From Octopus sinensis (lineage: Eukaryota), in assembly GCF_006345805.1 (NCBI RefSeq), contig NC_043000.1, positions 63,736,001-63,800,000 of the forward strand: a DNA stretch of 64,000 nt. Direction: 5' to 3'. Shown piece after piece: positions 24,170 through 37,471 of the stretch. Both the position numbers and the translations under genes were made by a program. How positions within the stretch are numbered: the stretch's first letter is position 1; the number at the start of each line of letters is the position of its first letter. The notes beneath the pieces are model-generated. The model did no database searches and was not told where the DNA came from. It saw nothing but the letters and a program-made list of their open reading frames with translations.

Positions 24170-24706
24170 CAGGAGTGGGAAAACTTTTTAGTGCGGCGGG
24201 CAAAAATTTACAATAAAAAAGATCCGCGGGCGGATCACAAGTTCTAACTCTTATATCTGTGTAGATCTTGTATATATCTAATATATCTATGTATAATTCG
24301 ATATACATTAATAAAGATAAATTTAACATTAAATTAACGCGTAACATCTTCATTAACGCCGCCACTGAATTTAGGACATTTATATTACTTATGAGATTTC
24401 TGTATTTTTCAGCTAGCGTGTAGTTGGGTCTCAAAGGGGCAGTATAAACCTAGCAATATGTGTTATATAGTGAAAACAAAATTTCCATTCAAATGGCAAT
24501 TATCGGATGATTTTCTGTTCGACTCTAACCATCTTAAGTCGTAGTGGAAACGCGACCTATGTCGAAAATAGACATACGAATATTGTATTAATTTTATAAT
24601 TGAAAAATTTACTATATTTTGTACATACGAGTATAATCAGCCAGCGGGCGAAATAAAATGGGCTCGCGGGCGCAATTGCGCTCGCAGGCAGGGATTCCCC
24701 ACCCCT
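24170..24706. mobile_element. hAT-type MITE
   Basis: Termini CAGGAGTGGGAA and TTCCCACCCCTG (12-bp TIR, 1 mismatch) with GCGGGC-rich subterminal repeats. An 8-bp TSD is not recognisable. Confidence 0.65.
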
Positions 24707-25282
24707 GATGCGCAGTATTAAATATAGCTATTACAGCCAATCCTACCAATCAGTTTCGCATTGGATATTAAACCTAAACCGGATGTTAGATAACAGCATT
24801 GTTACAGCATACTGCATCCTTGTCAGAAAAAGCAAGCATGAAAAATTTTTTTTTTAAATGACTGCCCTCCGTTATTGAAGGTGAAAAATTACATCCGGTT
24901 TGTAGATGCTTAGAAAAAAGACGAAGCGAACTGAACAAGACTTATGTCACTTGGCCTCAAAGCTTTCTGGTATGTATTTCTACAAGCGTTTGGTATATGA
25001 GTAGGATTGGAATGTATGTAGGGGTATTATATGTCTAGTTTTTTTTTTCATGGCGAGCGGTGGTGGGGGTACTCGGCAGGTGCCTGAACGCTAAAGCTCA
25101 TGTTAGCGAGCATGTGTATCTGTGTGTTCGTTTGAGTATGTTTTGATCAAACTTTTTGCTGGCTTTCTCACGATACGGTAGTGAAAGAGCCGAAGATAGA
25201 GAACTGGTGATAGTCATAATGGGTCCCGCAAGAAAGATAAGATATACCTTCTGTCAGGTGGGAAAGAGCTAAAAATCTCACT

Positions 25283-25286
25283 TCTG

Positions 25287-25362
<76 letters not shown>

Positions 25363-25509
25363 TATGCCGAAATTACTACGATGATCCGGTTCTTGACTGA
25401 AGACTGAGGGGTTCGAATGTCCTGTCCATGTTTATTGTATCGTCTTCTATGAGTTATACGTTCTTGTCCATGTGTATTTTTCTACATACCTTAACATATA
25501 TATATATAT

Positions 25510-25575
<66 letters not shown>

Positions 25576-25702
25576 AAATTACTACGATGATCCGGTTCTT
25601 GACTGAAGACTGAGGGGTTCGAATGCTGTCCATGTTTATTGTATCGTCTTCTATGAGTTATACGTTCTTGTCCATGTGTATTTTTCTACATACCTTAAAT
25701 AT

Positions 25703-25736
<34 letters not shown>
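25283..25736. repeat. Two direct copies of a ~125-bp unit, each bracketed by (TA)n
   Basis: GCCGAAATTACTACGATGATCC...CTACATACCTTAA at ~25366-25495 and ~25572-25698, near-identical. Confidence 0.9.
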
Positions 25737-27528
25737 CTAACAGAGCGTAGCTCGGGATTAAAATGGCATAGTTTGTATATTACAGTTATGTTGAAACAGG
25801 TTATACGGGAAAGTGCAGCATTGACGACAAAACATTTGTGGAGTATATGAAGGGCTAATTCGACTAAGCGATATGCCATGCGTCCGTTTGGAAAATTAGG
25901 CATGAGGGGTATGTGATTTTTGAACGTACCGAAAAGCTGTCAGTGGATATACTCTCCTTTGTGGCAATCGGCACTGCGTCTAACACTATCCATCATCTGA
26001 AGTTTTGACACCTCCTTCGGGATTGTTATCCTACATCACTCATAAAGTAAATTTGGAGGAACTGCGGTTGTTCATTTGTGGGTAGCAGGGAACCAATGAG
26101 GTGATAGACTTGTCTTTGAACTTTGAACGTCGGCATAAATCTATGTTCAACTATCTCCTTAGATGCACCAAAATATGTCATTTGAAATGCAGAATTGCAT
26201 TGCCTGATATTGTTCAGAAAATCCTTTGATTGAATGGAAGTACGTTCCAAAAGATCTATAAGAGGTTGAGATGGAGCTGGTAGTGCTGGCAATCTTACCT
26301 TACCGCCTGAGTAGCACATGCCATTAGTTTCATTTGGAAATTTTAAAGCTTTGCAGAAACGACAATTTGAGTTTAGCACACCAATTTGGACAAAGTTATG
26401 ATTTTTATAAGAATGGAATGGATCATATCTGAAAGCCACTCCATAATTTGTACGTAGTCTGTTTCTAAGAGCTATTCTATTGGACATCTGTCTAATCATT
26501 AAAACGTTTTAATGATCCAGCATTAAGTGCTGCAACATGCCATTGCTGATCTTGGAAAAGTCTCATCTCCCTTCTCTCTTGAAACTCCATCTGACGTGCT
26601 GCAGCGTGCGTTTGCTGATCTTGGGAAAGTTGCATCTCCCTTTCCTCTTGAGACTTCATTTGATGTGCTGCAGCATGCATTTACTAATCTTGGGAAAGTC
26701 TCATCATCCTTCTCCCTTGAGACTTCATTTGACGTGCTGTAGCATGTATTTGCTGATCTTGGGAAAGTCTCATCTTCCTTCTGTATTCAGACGTCATCTG
26801 ACGTGCTGCAGAATGCCTTTGCTGATCTTGAGAAAGTCTCATCTCGCTTGTCTTGAGACTCCATTTGATGTGCTGCTGCATGCGTTTGCTGATCTTGAGA
26901 AAGTCTCATCTCCCTTCTCTCTTGAAACTCTCGCCTTCGGTTTTCTACAATTCTCCTTGTTTTATATTTGTTTCTGGAGAGATTACGTCTTTTCTTTGAT
27001 GGCATATTTTTTCAATATTGTAAACAAAAAATTATGAACATAGAAAAAATTATACATTAATCTCTATTCTTGTAAACAGTTGTATGTAGTATGTCTTTAT
27101 TTTTGTATCAATATAAATTAACCAAATATAAGCAAATTAATGAAATAAAAACACATGGATGAACTGCTAATTTAACGGTAAATGCCGCAAAATGATCTTA
27201 GTGTTATCACGTTAGAATTAAAATGGAAGGAATAAAATAGAAACAACATTACAATCTTATCACATTAGAATTAAATGTGAAAGAATAAAAGTGAAGCAAT
27301 ATTATATCACATTACAATATAGATGTTACTCTTTCACTTTTCCCACGTAATACCGAATCAGTGCCGATGTTATATTGTTTTAATCCAAGTAAAAAGATTA
27401 CATGTTGACACTCACGGGGTCTAATACTAATACCTTGTAAAATTTGATATGATTTGGTCGAGCCGTTTGAGAATGCATAGGGAACACACAGACAGACGGA
27501 AAGACAAAGAATTTTATATATATATAGA
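25737..27528 (-). mobile_element. Internally deleted Helitron retaining the N-terminal Rep/Helicase coding region
   Basis: 5' A|TCTATATATATATAAAA at 27528. 3' CCCGAGCTACGCTCTG hairpin then TTAG|T at 25737. Disrupted ORF from ATG 27005 contains CRFCKALKF..ETNGMC..GGKV, NNIRQCNSAFQMTYFGA and PTFKVQRQVYHLIGSLLP..PQFLQIYF, the conserved segment that precedes the Helitron Rep domain. Confidence 0.85.
26520..26940 (-). repeat. 69-bp (23-codon) coding tandem repeat, ~6 units, STPR-like
   Basis: CTGATCTTG anchors at 26546, 26615, 26684, 26753, 26822 and 26889 (period 69, last 67). Minus-strand unit is approximately MEFQERREMRLSQDQQTHAAARQ. Confidence 0.9.
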
Positions 27529-27531
27529 TAT

Positions 27532-28150
27532 ATGACGGGCTTCTTTCAGTTTCTGTCTACCAAATCCACTCACAAAGCTTTGGACAGCCCAATGCTTTAG
27601 TAGAAAACACTTGCCCAAGGTGGGACTGAACCTAGAACCATGTGGTTGGGAAGCAAGCTTCTTACTACATAGCCACTCCTGTGCCTATATATAATATATA
27701 TTTATGTATTTATTTATTTGTGTTGTCTCGACCCTACCACCACCGTCGCTTGACAACCGACGTTGGTGTGTTTACGTTCCCGTAATTTAGCAGTTCAGCG
27801 AAAGAAACAAATAGAATAAGTACTAGGCTTACGAGGAATAAGTCCTGGAGTCGATTTGTTCGACTAAAGGCGGTGCTCCAGCATTGTCGCAGTCAAATGA
27901 CTGAAACAAGTAAAAGAAAAGAATAAAATGTATACATATGAGTGTATGTTTTGTGTTTGTCCTCCACCACGGATTGACAACCGGTGTTACTTTGTTTATG
28001 TCTCCGCAACTTAGCAATTCGGCGAACAGAGACCTACAGAATAAATACCAGACTCCAAAAAAAATACTGTGTCGATTTGTTTGGCTAAACCCTTTAAACT
28101 GGTGCCCCAACAGAGCCGCAGTCCAGCGACTGAGACAAATAAAAGTAAAT
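27532..28150. mobile_element. Fragments of SINE family A: head on - (27532-27688), two tails on + (27720-27925, 27930-28150)
   Basis: Direct similarity to the full-length copies at 16721 and 49650. Confidence 0.75.
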
Positions 28151-28281
28151 TGATAATACACACATACGCGTGCACACATACATACATACATACATACATA
28201 CATACATACATACATACATACATACATACATACATACATACATACATACATACATACATGTTAGTATTTTATAGTAATATA

Positions 28282-28500
28282 AGGTGACGAGCTGGCAGAA
28301 TCGTGAGCACGCCGGGCAAAATGCTTAGCAGCATTTCATCCGTCCTTACGTTCTGAGTTCAAATTCCACCAAGATCGGCTTTGCCTTTCATCCTCGCGTG
28401 GTTGACAAAACAAGTACCAATCAAGCACTAGGGTCGATGTAATCGACTTAGCCCCTTACCCCGAAATTGCTGGCTTTGTGCCAAAATTTGAAACCAATAC
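28282..28500 (+). mobile_element. SINE family B copy
   Basis: AAGGTGACGAGCTGGCAGAATCG...TGTGCCAAAATTTGAAACC. Confidence 0.8.
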
Positions 28501-29756
28501 TTTATAGTAATATTAGGTGGCGAGCTGGCAAGATCGTTAGCAGCGCATTCATACATACATCTATCTATATGTTTACATCCTTCATAGTGTGTTAGCGCAT
28601 GTTTGTATGTGAATGTATGTGTGCGCATATATCATCTTCATACATGCAAACATAAAGATGTCAATAAGTGTGGGAAGAGGAAATTGCTTGGCTTCTATAA
28701 CTAATTGTTGATTATGAATATTCTTCAAAGTGGACGCCTATGTCAAGTAGGATATTATTTTGGCATCAATTAAAATATCAATACAATATCTTTTTCCTCA
28801 AAGAAGTTGTTGCCAAGTGGAACATGCAGTCATATAAACTTCTACTTCGTCCCAGACACAGAATAATATGTATATCATTATATCACCCAGTCACTGATAG
28901 AGTTCAAGACAACAGGGAAGTCTCAATGTGGTCGTTCGATTTGCTAGAAATAGGAAGCGAATATTTCTCAATGCATGTCCTACTATCTTCAAAAAGAACA
29001 CGTCGGATTATGTTTATCTAGGATTATTAGTGTATAGACGAAAATACGACAGGGTGATCATTCCTGGGGTAACCTTTCCTCATAGGTCTGCACATTTAGA
29101 GATGAGGGAAAAATTGACAGATATTTTAGCTGTTACAGCGGCTACAAATCTAAAAGTTTACAAAATCTACAAGACATTATAAGTACCATTTTGAAGGCCA
29201 CCGCATCACCAAGCCTTGTGAATGGAATGAAATCCTATTGTAGGGATCTGTGAAGAAACCCAACCAATCAAACTGTAATTGTTTTGTGTGTGATAGACTT
29301 AATCTCCATCTTGGATACATTCAGTAGAGTTCGGACTCCTGCAAACACTGAAACCGAGATTTCAATCTGAAGATATATTAATATCTCGATAGATATTGCT
29401 TGCCATTGTAGTAAACTATGAGTTAAACTTTATTGTTCTCCCCCCCCCCCAGTAGAACCAAGAAAAATTTTGTAAGCACTATTCTTCCTTCTTTGTCAGG
29501 TAACCACATAATTGACTATACCACATAGCGTCCGCCTCAATTTCGGCACTTCGGTCTATTTTCTGCCATTACTTTCATATTTGTGGTTCTATGATGCTGT
29601 TTTGTCTACAAGATAATCGCTCAGTTATGTAGTGTAACGGGACAGATTAAACTCCATATATAAACAATCCTTTTACCATAGGCACAAGGATTAAAATTTG
29701 AGGGAAGAGTGCTAGTCGATTACATTGCGTGCGTGCTTATGTGTGTATATTTGTGA

Positions 29757-29793
<37 letters not shown>

Positions 29794-29821
29794 TGAGAGA
29801 GAGAGAGAGTGTGTGTGTGTG

Positions 29822-29867
<46 letters not shown>

Positions 29868-31104
29868 GAGCGAGAGAGTGTGTGTGTGTCTGTGTGTGTG
29901 TGAGTTTGCTTCCAATGCCAAAATGTACTATTGCCCAAACAGGCTGAATGTCCAGTCAGTTGTAGCAAATCATCTCATTCCACCTCATTCCAGTCGGACA
30001 GCAGAACAGACATTGTAGAAGAAGTTGATTATTTTCTGAATATCTTGTTCCGTGTGAACTATAAAATCACAAACATCAGCATACAAGTGTGATAAAGGTC
30101 TTTGATTTAGCATTGAGATATTTTAGGCTAAAAAAATTTACTTGCTGAGCGATAGTGGACAAAGATACATAGAGATCTCAGTCGTTAAGTGTATGAGTGA
30201 TCACAACCAAAAAGTGTATGGGGGATAAAGTTGGCGCAGATTTATACACCCTCGTTAACATCATTGTCCACTGGGGCGTTAGAAAAAAAATTAAGTGTTT
30301 TTCTGGGTTTCTTTTCGGTTTTTTTTTTTTGTCATTTAGTTCCGCTTCTCTCCTATCAAACATTTTCTTTACCTTTCAATGAATTATTGATTTTCTCTTT
30401 TAATTAATTGAAAATAAAACTAGAGCAAATATTTCCTTTTAGACAAATGAACATATACGATCTTAAGATTTTAAGTCGCCATTTTGATATTATAAAATTC
30501 AAATTTCAAGACAAAGCGATGTTATAGCTATGCATGCACATGTGTATGTATGTATATATGTATGTATGCATGTATGTATGTATATACATGTGTGCATATC
30601 TATCTAGCTAGCTAATCTATCTATATTTGTATGTGTGTGTGTATGTATATACGTATTTGGGCAGAATTAGAAACACAAAAACATTCCAGAACACGCATAC
30701 ACATACACAAACACATATATGCACACACACACACACACACATACTCACATGCACATATATATACACTCATACATACACCTGGTGTAATTACATAAACAAA
30801 TAAAGGAATAAATAGTATTTAATTTAAATAATTAATGACAAAGAATAAAGAAAGTGGGTGGGGGATGAAGGTGGGGGTAGGGGCCTAAAAGCGAAACAAA
30901 TCAACAGTCGTTTCTAGAAGTGTATAGCATACAAAGGTGGAAAACGAAAGGAAAATTATTGCTATGAGAGATAGCGTTAAGAATATTTAAATTTTAAAAT
31001 AGAATATTCTCTTTAAGTCTGAGCACTATATTACGAAAATATACACGTAAACAAACTCTCACACCAGAACACAAACACTCACGCATACAATCATATATAT
31101 ACAT

Positions 31105-31660
<556 letters not shown>

Positions 31661-32166
31661 TATACATATATATATATGTATACATACATACATACATACC
31701 TGAATATATGTGTAAATATATACAGACTAATATACATGCATATACATATTTAAGCATGTATAAGTTTACATCCAGATATGCATACATGCACATATATGTG
31801 TGTGTGTGTGTGTGTGGTGTGTGTGTGTGTGTATGTGTGTGTGTGTGTTGATTCATACTGACATATGCATACGTACTGACATATATATATATTAATACAT
31901 GCACAGGCATACGCATCAATTATTATTTTACATACAGCTTGCACTGCGGCACATTCCCTTCATCAGCTTTGTTTAGAGACTCAGCGATTTCATCCACTAA
32001 CGACACAACCGCTTCTTACATTGAGGCTACTAGGATATCTCCGGATTATTTAGGCCTATACTGTGACATACTTTCTCTCTTGTCATCTGTGTAGTCACCA
32101 CTGGGTGCAGATGTTACTACTCTAACCATATCGCAATTATTTTGCTTTGCTACTCATTAATGATAT

Positions 32167-32463
32167 GGAGGCGCAATGCCCCAGTGGTTAGGGCAGCGGA
32201 CTCGCGGTCGGAGGATCGCGGTTTCGATTCCCAGACCGGGTGTTGTGTGTGTGTTTATTGAGCAAAAACACCTAAAGTTCCACGAGGCTCCGACAGGGGG
32301 TTGTGGCGACTCCTGTTGTACTCTTGGGCCCCAACTTTCTCTCATTCTTTCTTCCTGTTTCTGGCGCTGGCGTCCCGTCCAGCTGGGGGGAACACATACG
32401 CCATAGAAACCGGGAAACCTGGCCCATGCGCCTGGCTAGGCTTGAAAAGGGCGCATAAATACA

Positions 32464-32514
<51 letters not shown>

Positions 32515-32515
32515 A
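32167..32515 (+). mobile_element. Full-length SINE family C with (AAAT)n tail
   Basis: tRNA-like head GGCGCAATGCCCCAGTGGTTAGGGCAGCGG...GGTTTCGATTCCC; matches the 13059 copy. Confidence 0.9.
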
Positions 32516-33812
32516 ACTCATTAATACTCTCAGTATTGGTCTTTCTGTCACATGTGGCCTCTGCCACATCCATGTTAAAACAATTTATTGCTTGTTTTTC
32601 TGCTACAAGAATTACTAACTTACTGTTCTTCTTAAGTCCAATGGCAGATAAATGGCGCATAAGAGATCTAACTGTAAACCTACAACACCTCACCTCTACT
32701 GTAAGCACTGTATATGCCACCCTTCTGCTTCACACGGCTCCACAAATCATATCGCTTTTAGACCGTTTTTTTTTTTTCATGTGCGCACAAAGTAGCGTCA
32801 AATCCTCGCTCAGGATGTTGTAAAGTTAGACCATGCCATAAGATCAGGAATTCCTTATTTTTGCACTATAGCTTGGGAAGACGAGCTCTTCTTTTAAATC
32901 CGATCGCCCCTTCTCTTCAGTATCACCATTCAATATCATTCAACTAGCGGAGAACACTTCACATCAACATCGAATTACATCGGTAAGGTGCCTTTTCGAA
33001 AATGTTATTTGATACCAAAGAATTACCTGAACAAATAGCATGCTTAGGTGTTTTATCTCACGAAAGTTTGTCGTAAGAAGAATTTTTAATGGTTGGGCTA
33101 CGATAAAAGCAGAATGACAACCTGAAAATAGTTGATATCTTGTCTTAACCGTGTTAAGTTTATTTTCTGGCTTTTATGCTAAAGTACCAGCTTGTGACAT
33201 CAAGCTTGGGTATTGAATTTCTCCTATTTAAACTACATTATCTTTTGTTAACATTCTTACGAAAAGAGCGGGGCGTAATTTTGTAAGGAATCTCATTATA
33301 TTGATGCTACTACTTTCTTGATTTAGTACTTCAATTAGGATACTCCATACTTGGTTACTCTTATATTCTTCAGGTGATGATAAGCTTGCTGTCGGAATAT
33401 ACAGCGATGCATTTTGTCCACACCAATGACAATCAGTAGTTTTACTCCAATCCCATCGTCTACCATTAGCTACGAATGAAAGCACACCGTAAACTGTTCT
33501 CGGGAGGAAACGCAACCTGAGTGAGTCTATTTTCCACAACATGCGTCTCTGTAGCTTTCTCGTTCAGCCGCCTCCTATGGTGCCTATGAGCACTCATGCA
33601 ACTAAGACTGCTTCTTAACTCTGCAGACTTAGTTGCATGCTCCTCTCTTTTCAATTTGAGCGATTTCTTTGGCTACAGTATTTTGCGTTTTCTTTGACCA
33701 TAATATCGCTAACAGGATATTAATTTGTTCAAAGAGGATCTCAGCTGTAACTGAACTTTTACTAGTGAAATAAATGAGAGAGAGAGAGAGAGAGAGAAAG
33801 AGAGACAGAGAC

Positions 33813-33845
<33 letters not shown>

Positions 33846-35281
33846 AAGAGATGATTTTTCGTATTGACTTTATGTTCTTTCGTTCTTGAGAAAATGGCAT
33901 CTTTACGATGAAATATTAATTTTTGATTTTACACAATAATTTCATATACATAAATTGTAATGACTACAATGTAAGGTTTCTTTGCTATTTTATTCAATTT
34001 AACAGTATTTATATCGCTCCTTAATTCCATTTCACTTATATTTTACATCCAGCTAACAACGAGCAAGTGAAATATAAAGAGAAAAGACTAGCAAGATTTT
34101 GCTATAATATCACATTAGCATCAAATTACATCAGTAATGTATTTTTCATAAAATGTCATTTGATACCAAAGGATTACTTGAACGAATAGCCTGTTTAGGG
34201 ATTTTAGCTCACGAAAGCTGATCGCAAGAAGAGTACTACGATAAAAGCGAAATGACAACCTGAAAACATTTGACGTTCCATCTTGACCATGTTGCTTTTG
34301 TTTTCTTTTTCGAGTTTTTATGTTGAAATACTAGCTTTTGACTTTAAGTTTTAATAATTCACTGCAGGCGTGGCTGTGTGGTAAGAAGCTTGCTTCCCAA
34401 CCATGTGGTTCCGGGTTCAGTGAGGGTGCTTGGCTTTTCCAACGTCTTAGCCTCGCCATCGTCTGTGGTAATGTCGCGAGCGTGTTGGCTTGCTTCATTA
34501 GGTTCCGTTGAACCTTGAGGTGTGCGACCAATTGAGGTTCTTGATGTTGAATTGATGTTTTTTTTTACTTCCTCTTTTTCTTTATTTTCTTTCCTTGTTC
34601 TTTATCCATTTTTCCTCCTGGTTTTGGATTTGGATTTTTAAAGTTTTTAAAGTGGTTTTGTATTATATATGTATTTATAGACATATGTGTTATATTTCAA
34701 TAAAAGAATATTAACATTAGCGCTAAAAATAAATTGGGTGGATGGATGGATGGACCCACACCAATACACAAACAAGCAATAAAAAACCATATCCCTCCAA
34801 GGCGATGTATGGTTATTACTTAGCAGAAATCAACATATTCTTCCATACACATGCACACACACACATACGCGCGCGCTTTAAAGGTGTATATGAAATAAAT
34901 TTAAATTATCTTTTCTATTTCTTCTTGTTTCTTTTTGCTTTGATAAAAACAATTTGAGAAGTCAACAGAAAGTTTGGATTAATGAAGTTTCATGGATGTT
35001 GGTAATCATATATTTTAATGGTATATTTACGAAAAGGTAGCAATTTGTTTTGTTTGTATCTTCACATTCTTAAGTCCTTAGACTTGACCTTTAGTATTTG
35101 AGATTATACATACACGACCGATTTTCCGGCAACTGATGATCAGGTACTTCTGTTAATTCTTACATAATTTCCCGCGACCACTATTATTAACTATTTTGCT
35201 ACCAAGCCAACATGATACACATCCGTGTCTTCCCTAGTAACATATCATAAAGGCGGAAACACAGTTTCTTACACCGAACTA

Positions 35282-35500
35282 TCTATTATATAAAATCCGT
35301 TCTGTCTGTCTGTGTGTCTTCTATGATCTCAGTCATCCTCAAATTTGCGCTCAAATTTGATATGTAGATACTGACGGTATCAGAGCGTGTATAAGTCTTG
35401 AAAAATTACAAAAATCGATTCCTAGAGAGAATGCGACCGATAAAGCCGTGGGAACGTGCATTTGTACGCGTCAAGTACATCAGCTGATGCGATCGAGTTT
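35282..35500 (+). mobile_element. Helitron-like 5' terminus (3' end not found)
   Basis: A|TCTATTATATAAAATCCGTTCTGTCTGTCTGTGTG has the same architecture as the 5' ends at 13972 and 27528. Confidence 0.45.
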
Positions 35501-35943
35501 TCATCTAGATTTACCTCCAGTAACCCATTTGCATGCATCGTGTTTGTCCTGATTTTCTTCTGTCAACCTGTACATAACTGCACCTTCCATTTTTGTTGTT
35601 TTTGTACTGCTTAAAGGCACGTTTCTTTCCTTCCAAGCTTACTGTTTAAACCATGTTTGTGTTCTCCCATTCAACAGCCTTATCATTGCTGGTACTTGAA
35701 ACTCTTCGGTTGCATATTTGTGTGAATAAAATCGTTTTTCTTTGGAATAGAAAAAAAAAATCTATCTTTATTTCTTCTTTTGCTGGTGTCTCAAATTTAG
35801 GTTAAATCAGTGTTTCTCAAAGAGGAGGCTTATGGGACGGTCGGACAAGTTGCTTTGAGAAAATTTGGTTTAAATGTTTGACAACTCAGCACCGTCCATT
35901 GGACGGGTGGGGGGCATTTTGCTCGTAATAATATAAAGACGCA

Positions 35944-36145
35944 AGGTGGCCAGCAGGCAGAATCGTTAGCACGCCGGGCAAAATGCTTAGCAGTATTTTG
36001 TCCGTCTTTACGTTCTGAGTTCAAATTCCGCCGAGGTCGACTTTCGGTGTCGATAAAATAAGTACCAGTCGAACACTCGGGTCGAGCCAATCGACTCAGC
36101 CCCTTCCCCGAAATTTCTGGCCTTGTGCTAGAATTTGAAACCAAT
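35944..36145 (+). mobile_element. SINE family B copy
   Basis: GGCAGAATCGTTAGCACGCCGGGCAAAATGCTTAGC...GTGCTAGAATTTGAAACC. Confidence 0.8.
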
Positions 36146-37160
36146 AATATGAAATGTTCGTATTATTTGCTTAATAGCAGAAAGAAAGAGAGAGAGAGAG
36201 AGACTTAGATAGGGTAACACATGATGTTTGATTTTATCTTAAATCAATCATCTGCTACCCAACCTAAGGTTCTCTCCCTGTACGTGTGTAGCAAATTTAT
36301 AGAAAACTTGCCTTCGCTCTGTTGTGAATCCCAGCATGAAAGGTGTATTGTGAAGATTTATCAAAACATTGATTAATAACGAGGCGAAAGTCTGCAAAGA
36401 ATTTACCCAGATTTTTTACTACGTTCCATCTGTTAATCGGCTAAAATGGATAAACCGGAACGAGCCTTGAACCGAAAGTACCGGTAAATTGACGCTGTTC
36501 AAATATTCCATCCTATTTTTGGTTAACTTTATTCTACCAACTCTTTCATTCGTTTAGATATAATTAGCGCGTGTGTGTGTGTGCGTGGACGGGAGAGGTA
36601 TGAAGAAAGATGAAATTTTGGGAAATGAGATAAAGGGAGATAAAGAGAGGTGATAGAAATTTGAAGGTGAAAAAGTGAGTGGGTGGAAAAGCAAGGAGAG
36701 AAGATAAGGTAGATGGAAAAATAAGGAGAGAAAAGTGAGGAGGGAAACGTAAAAGAGAAGAGGGTGCATAATGATTTATTTAATCACTTTCTTCCTTAAT
36801 TTTAATTTATGCATAAACATCTTTTTTGTAGAGGAGACAACCTTATTACTGCTTCATTAAATTTTGTAATAATTTGCTGTTTGCTTGCTGAATATCGGTG
36901 ACAGTAAGGGAATCGTTTTCATTCATTAGATATACCATTTAGATATAGAAAAATACCTATGCGATATGGTTCCCATGTTGTTAGGCCTACATGCAATAGC
37001 AGTCAAATCTCCCTCAAATCATATCCTTATGTCTTAAAAATATATGAAAACAAAGGATGGTGCATTGTCTTATACAAAAAGACTGTATGATTATCACTAA
37101 AATGCTTTTCATCATAGATTTGATGTATTGGACCGATTTGGTCTACACACTAACGATAAC

Positions 37161-37365
37161 AAGAAACGTTAGCACGCCGGGCGAAATGTTTAACAGTATT
37201 TCGTCTGTCTACGTTCTGAATTCAAATTCCGCCTTTCATCCTTTCAGGGTCGATTAAATAAGTACCAGTTACACACTGAGGTCAATGTAATCGACATAAT
37301 CCCTTTGTCTGTCCTTGTTTGTTCCCTCTATGTTTAGCCCCCTGTGGTTAATAAAAAAATAAAAA
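37161..37365 (+). mobile_element. SINE family B copy ending ~100 bp upstream of the TASP1 start
   Basis: CGTTAGCACGCCGGGCGAAATG head; tail TTTGTCTGTCCTTGTTTG...AATAAA. Confidence 0.8.
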
Positions 37366-37398
37366 ATATAGCAGACCGCATCAAGAAAGATATGCTTT

Positions 37399-37471
37399 CG
37401 GAAGTGAAAACTTCCTAATTCAAGGGAAATAACTATGATGTTAAAGGGGGAACACTCACAACAAAATGGCG
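37399..37471 (+). promoter_or_regulatory. Housekeeping-type core promoter motifs: inverted ETS pair and a YY1-like motif over the ATG
   Basis: CGGAAGTGAAAACTTCC at 37399-37415 (GGAAGT/ACTTCC inverted) and AAAATGGCG at 37463-37471. Confidence 0.4.

Noticed and set aside
25366-25495. Hammerhead reading of the 125-bp unit (CTGAAGA ... CGAATGTC)
   Set aside because: No stem II pairing, GAAT instead of GAAA, and no stem I partner.
26527-27037. Plus-strand repeat ORFs (71 aa and 166 aa)
   Set aside because: They are antisense shadows of the Helitron 69-bp coding repeat; the minus strand carries the recognisable motifs.
32436-33654. Minus-strand ORFs with faint RTE-like words (AIGLKKN, RRMLWKI)
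   Set aside because: The order of the pieces is inconsistent with a single LINE ORF and the similarity is marginal.
34425-34470. Minus-strand CAGACGA-TGGC-GAG-GCTA-AGACGTT hammerhead-like string
   Set aside because: Multiple core mismatches (A4, no GAAA) and no stem I.
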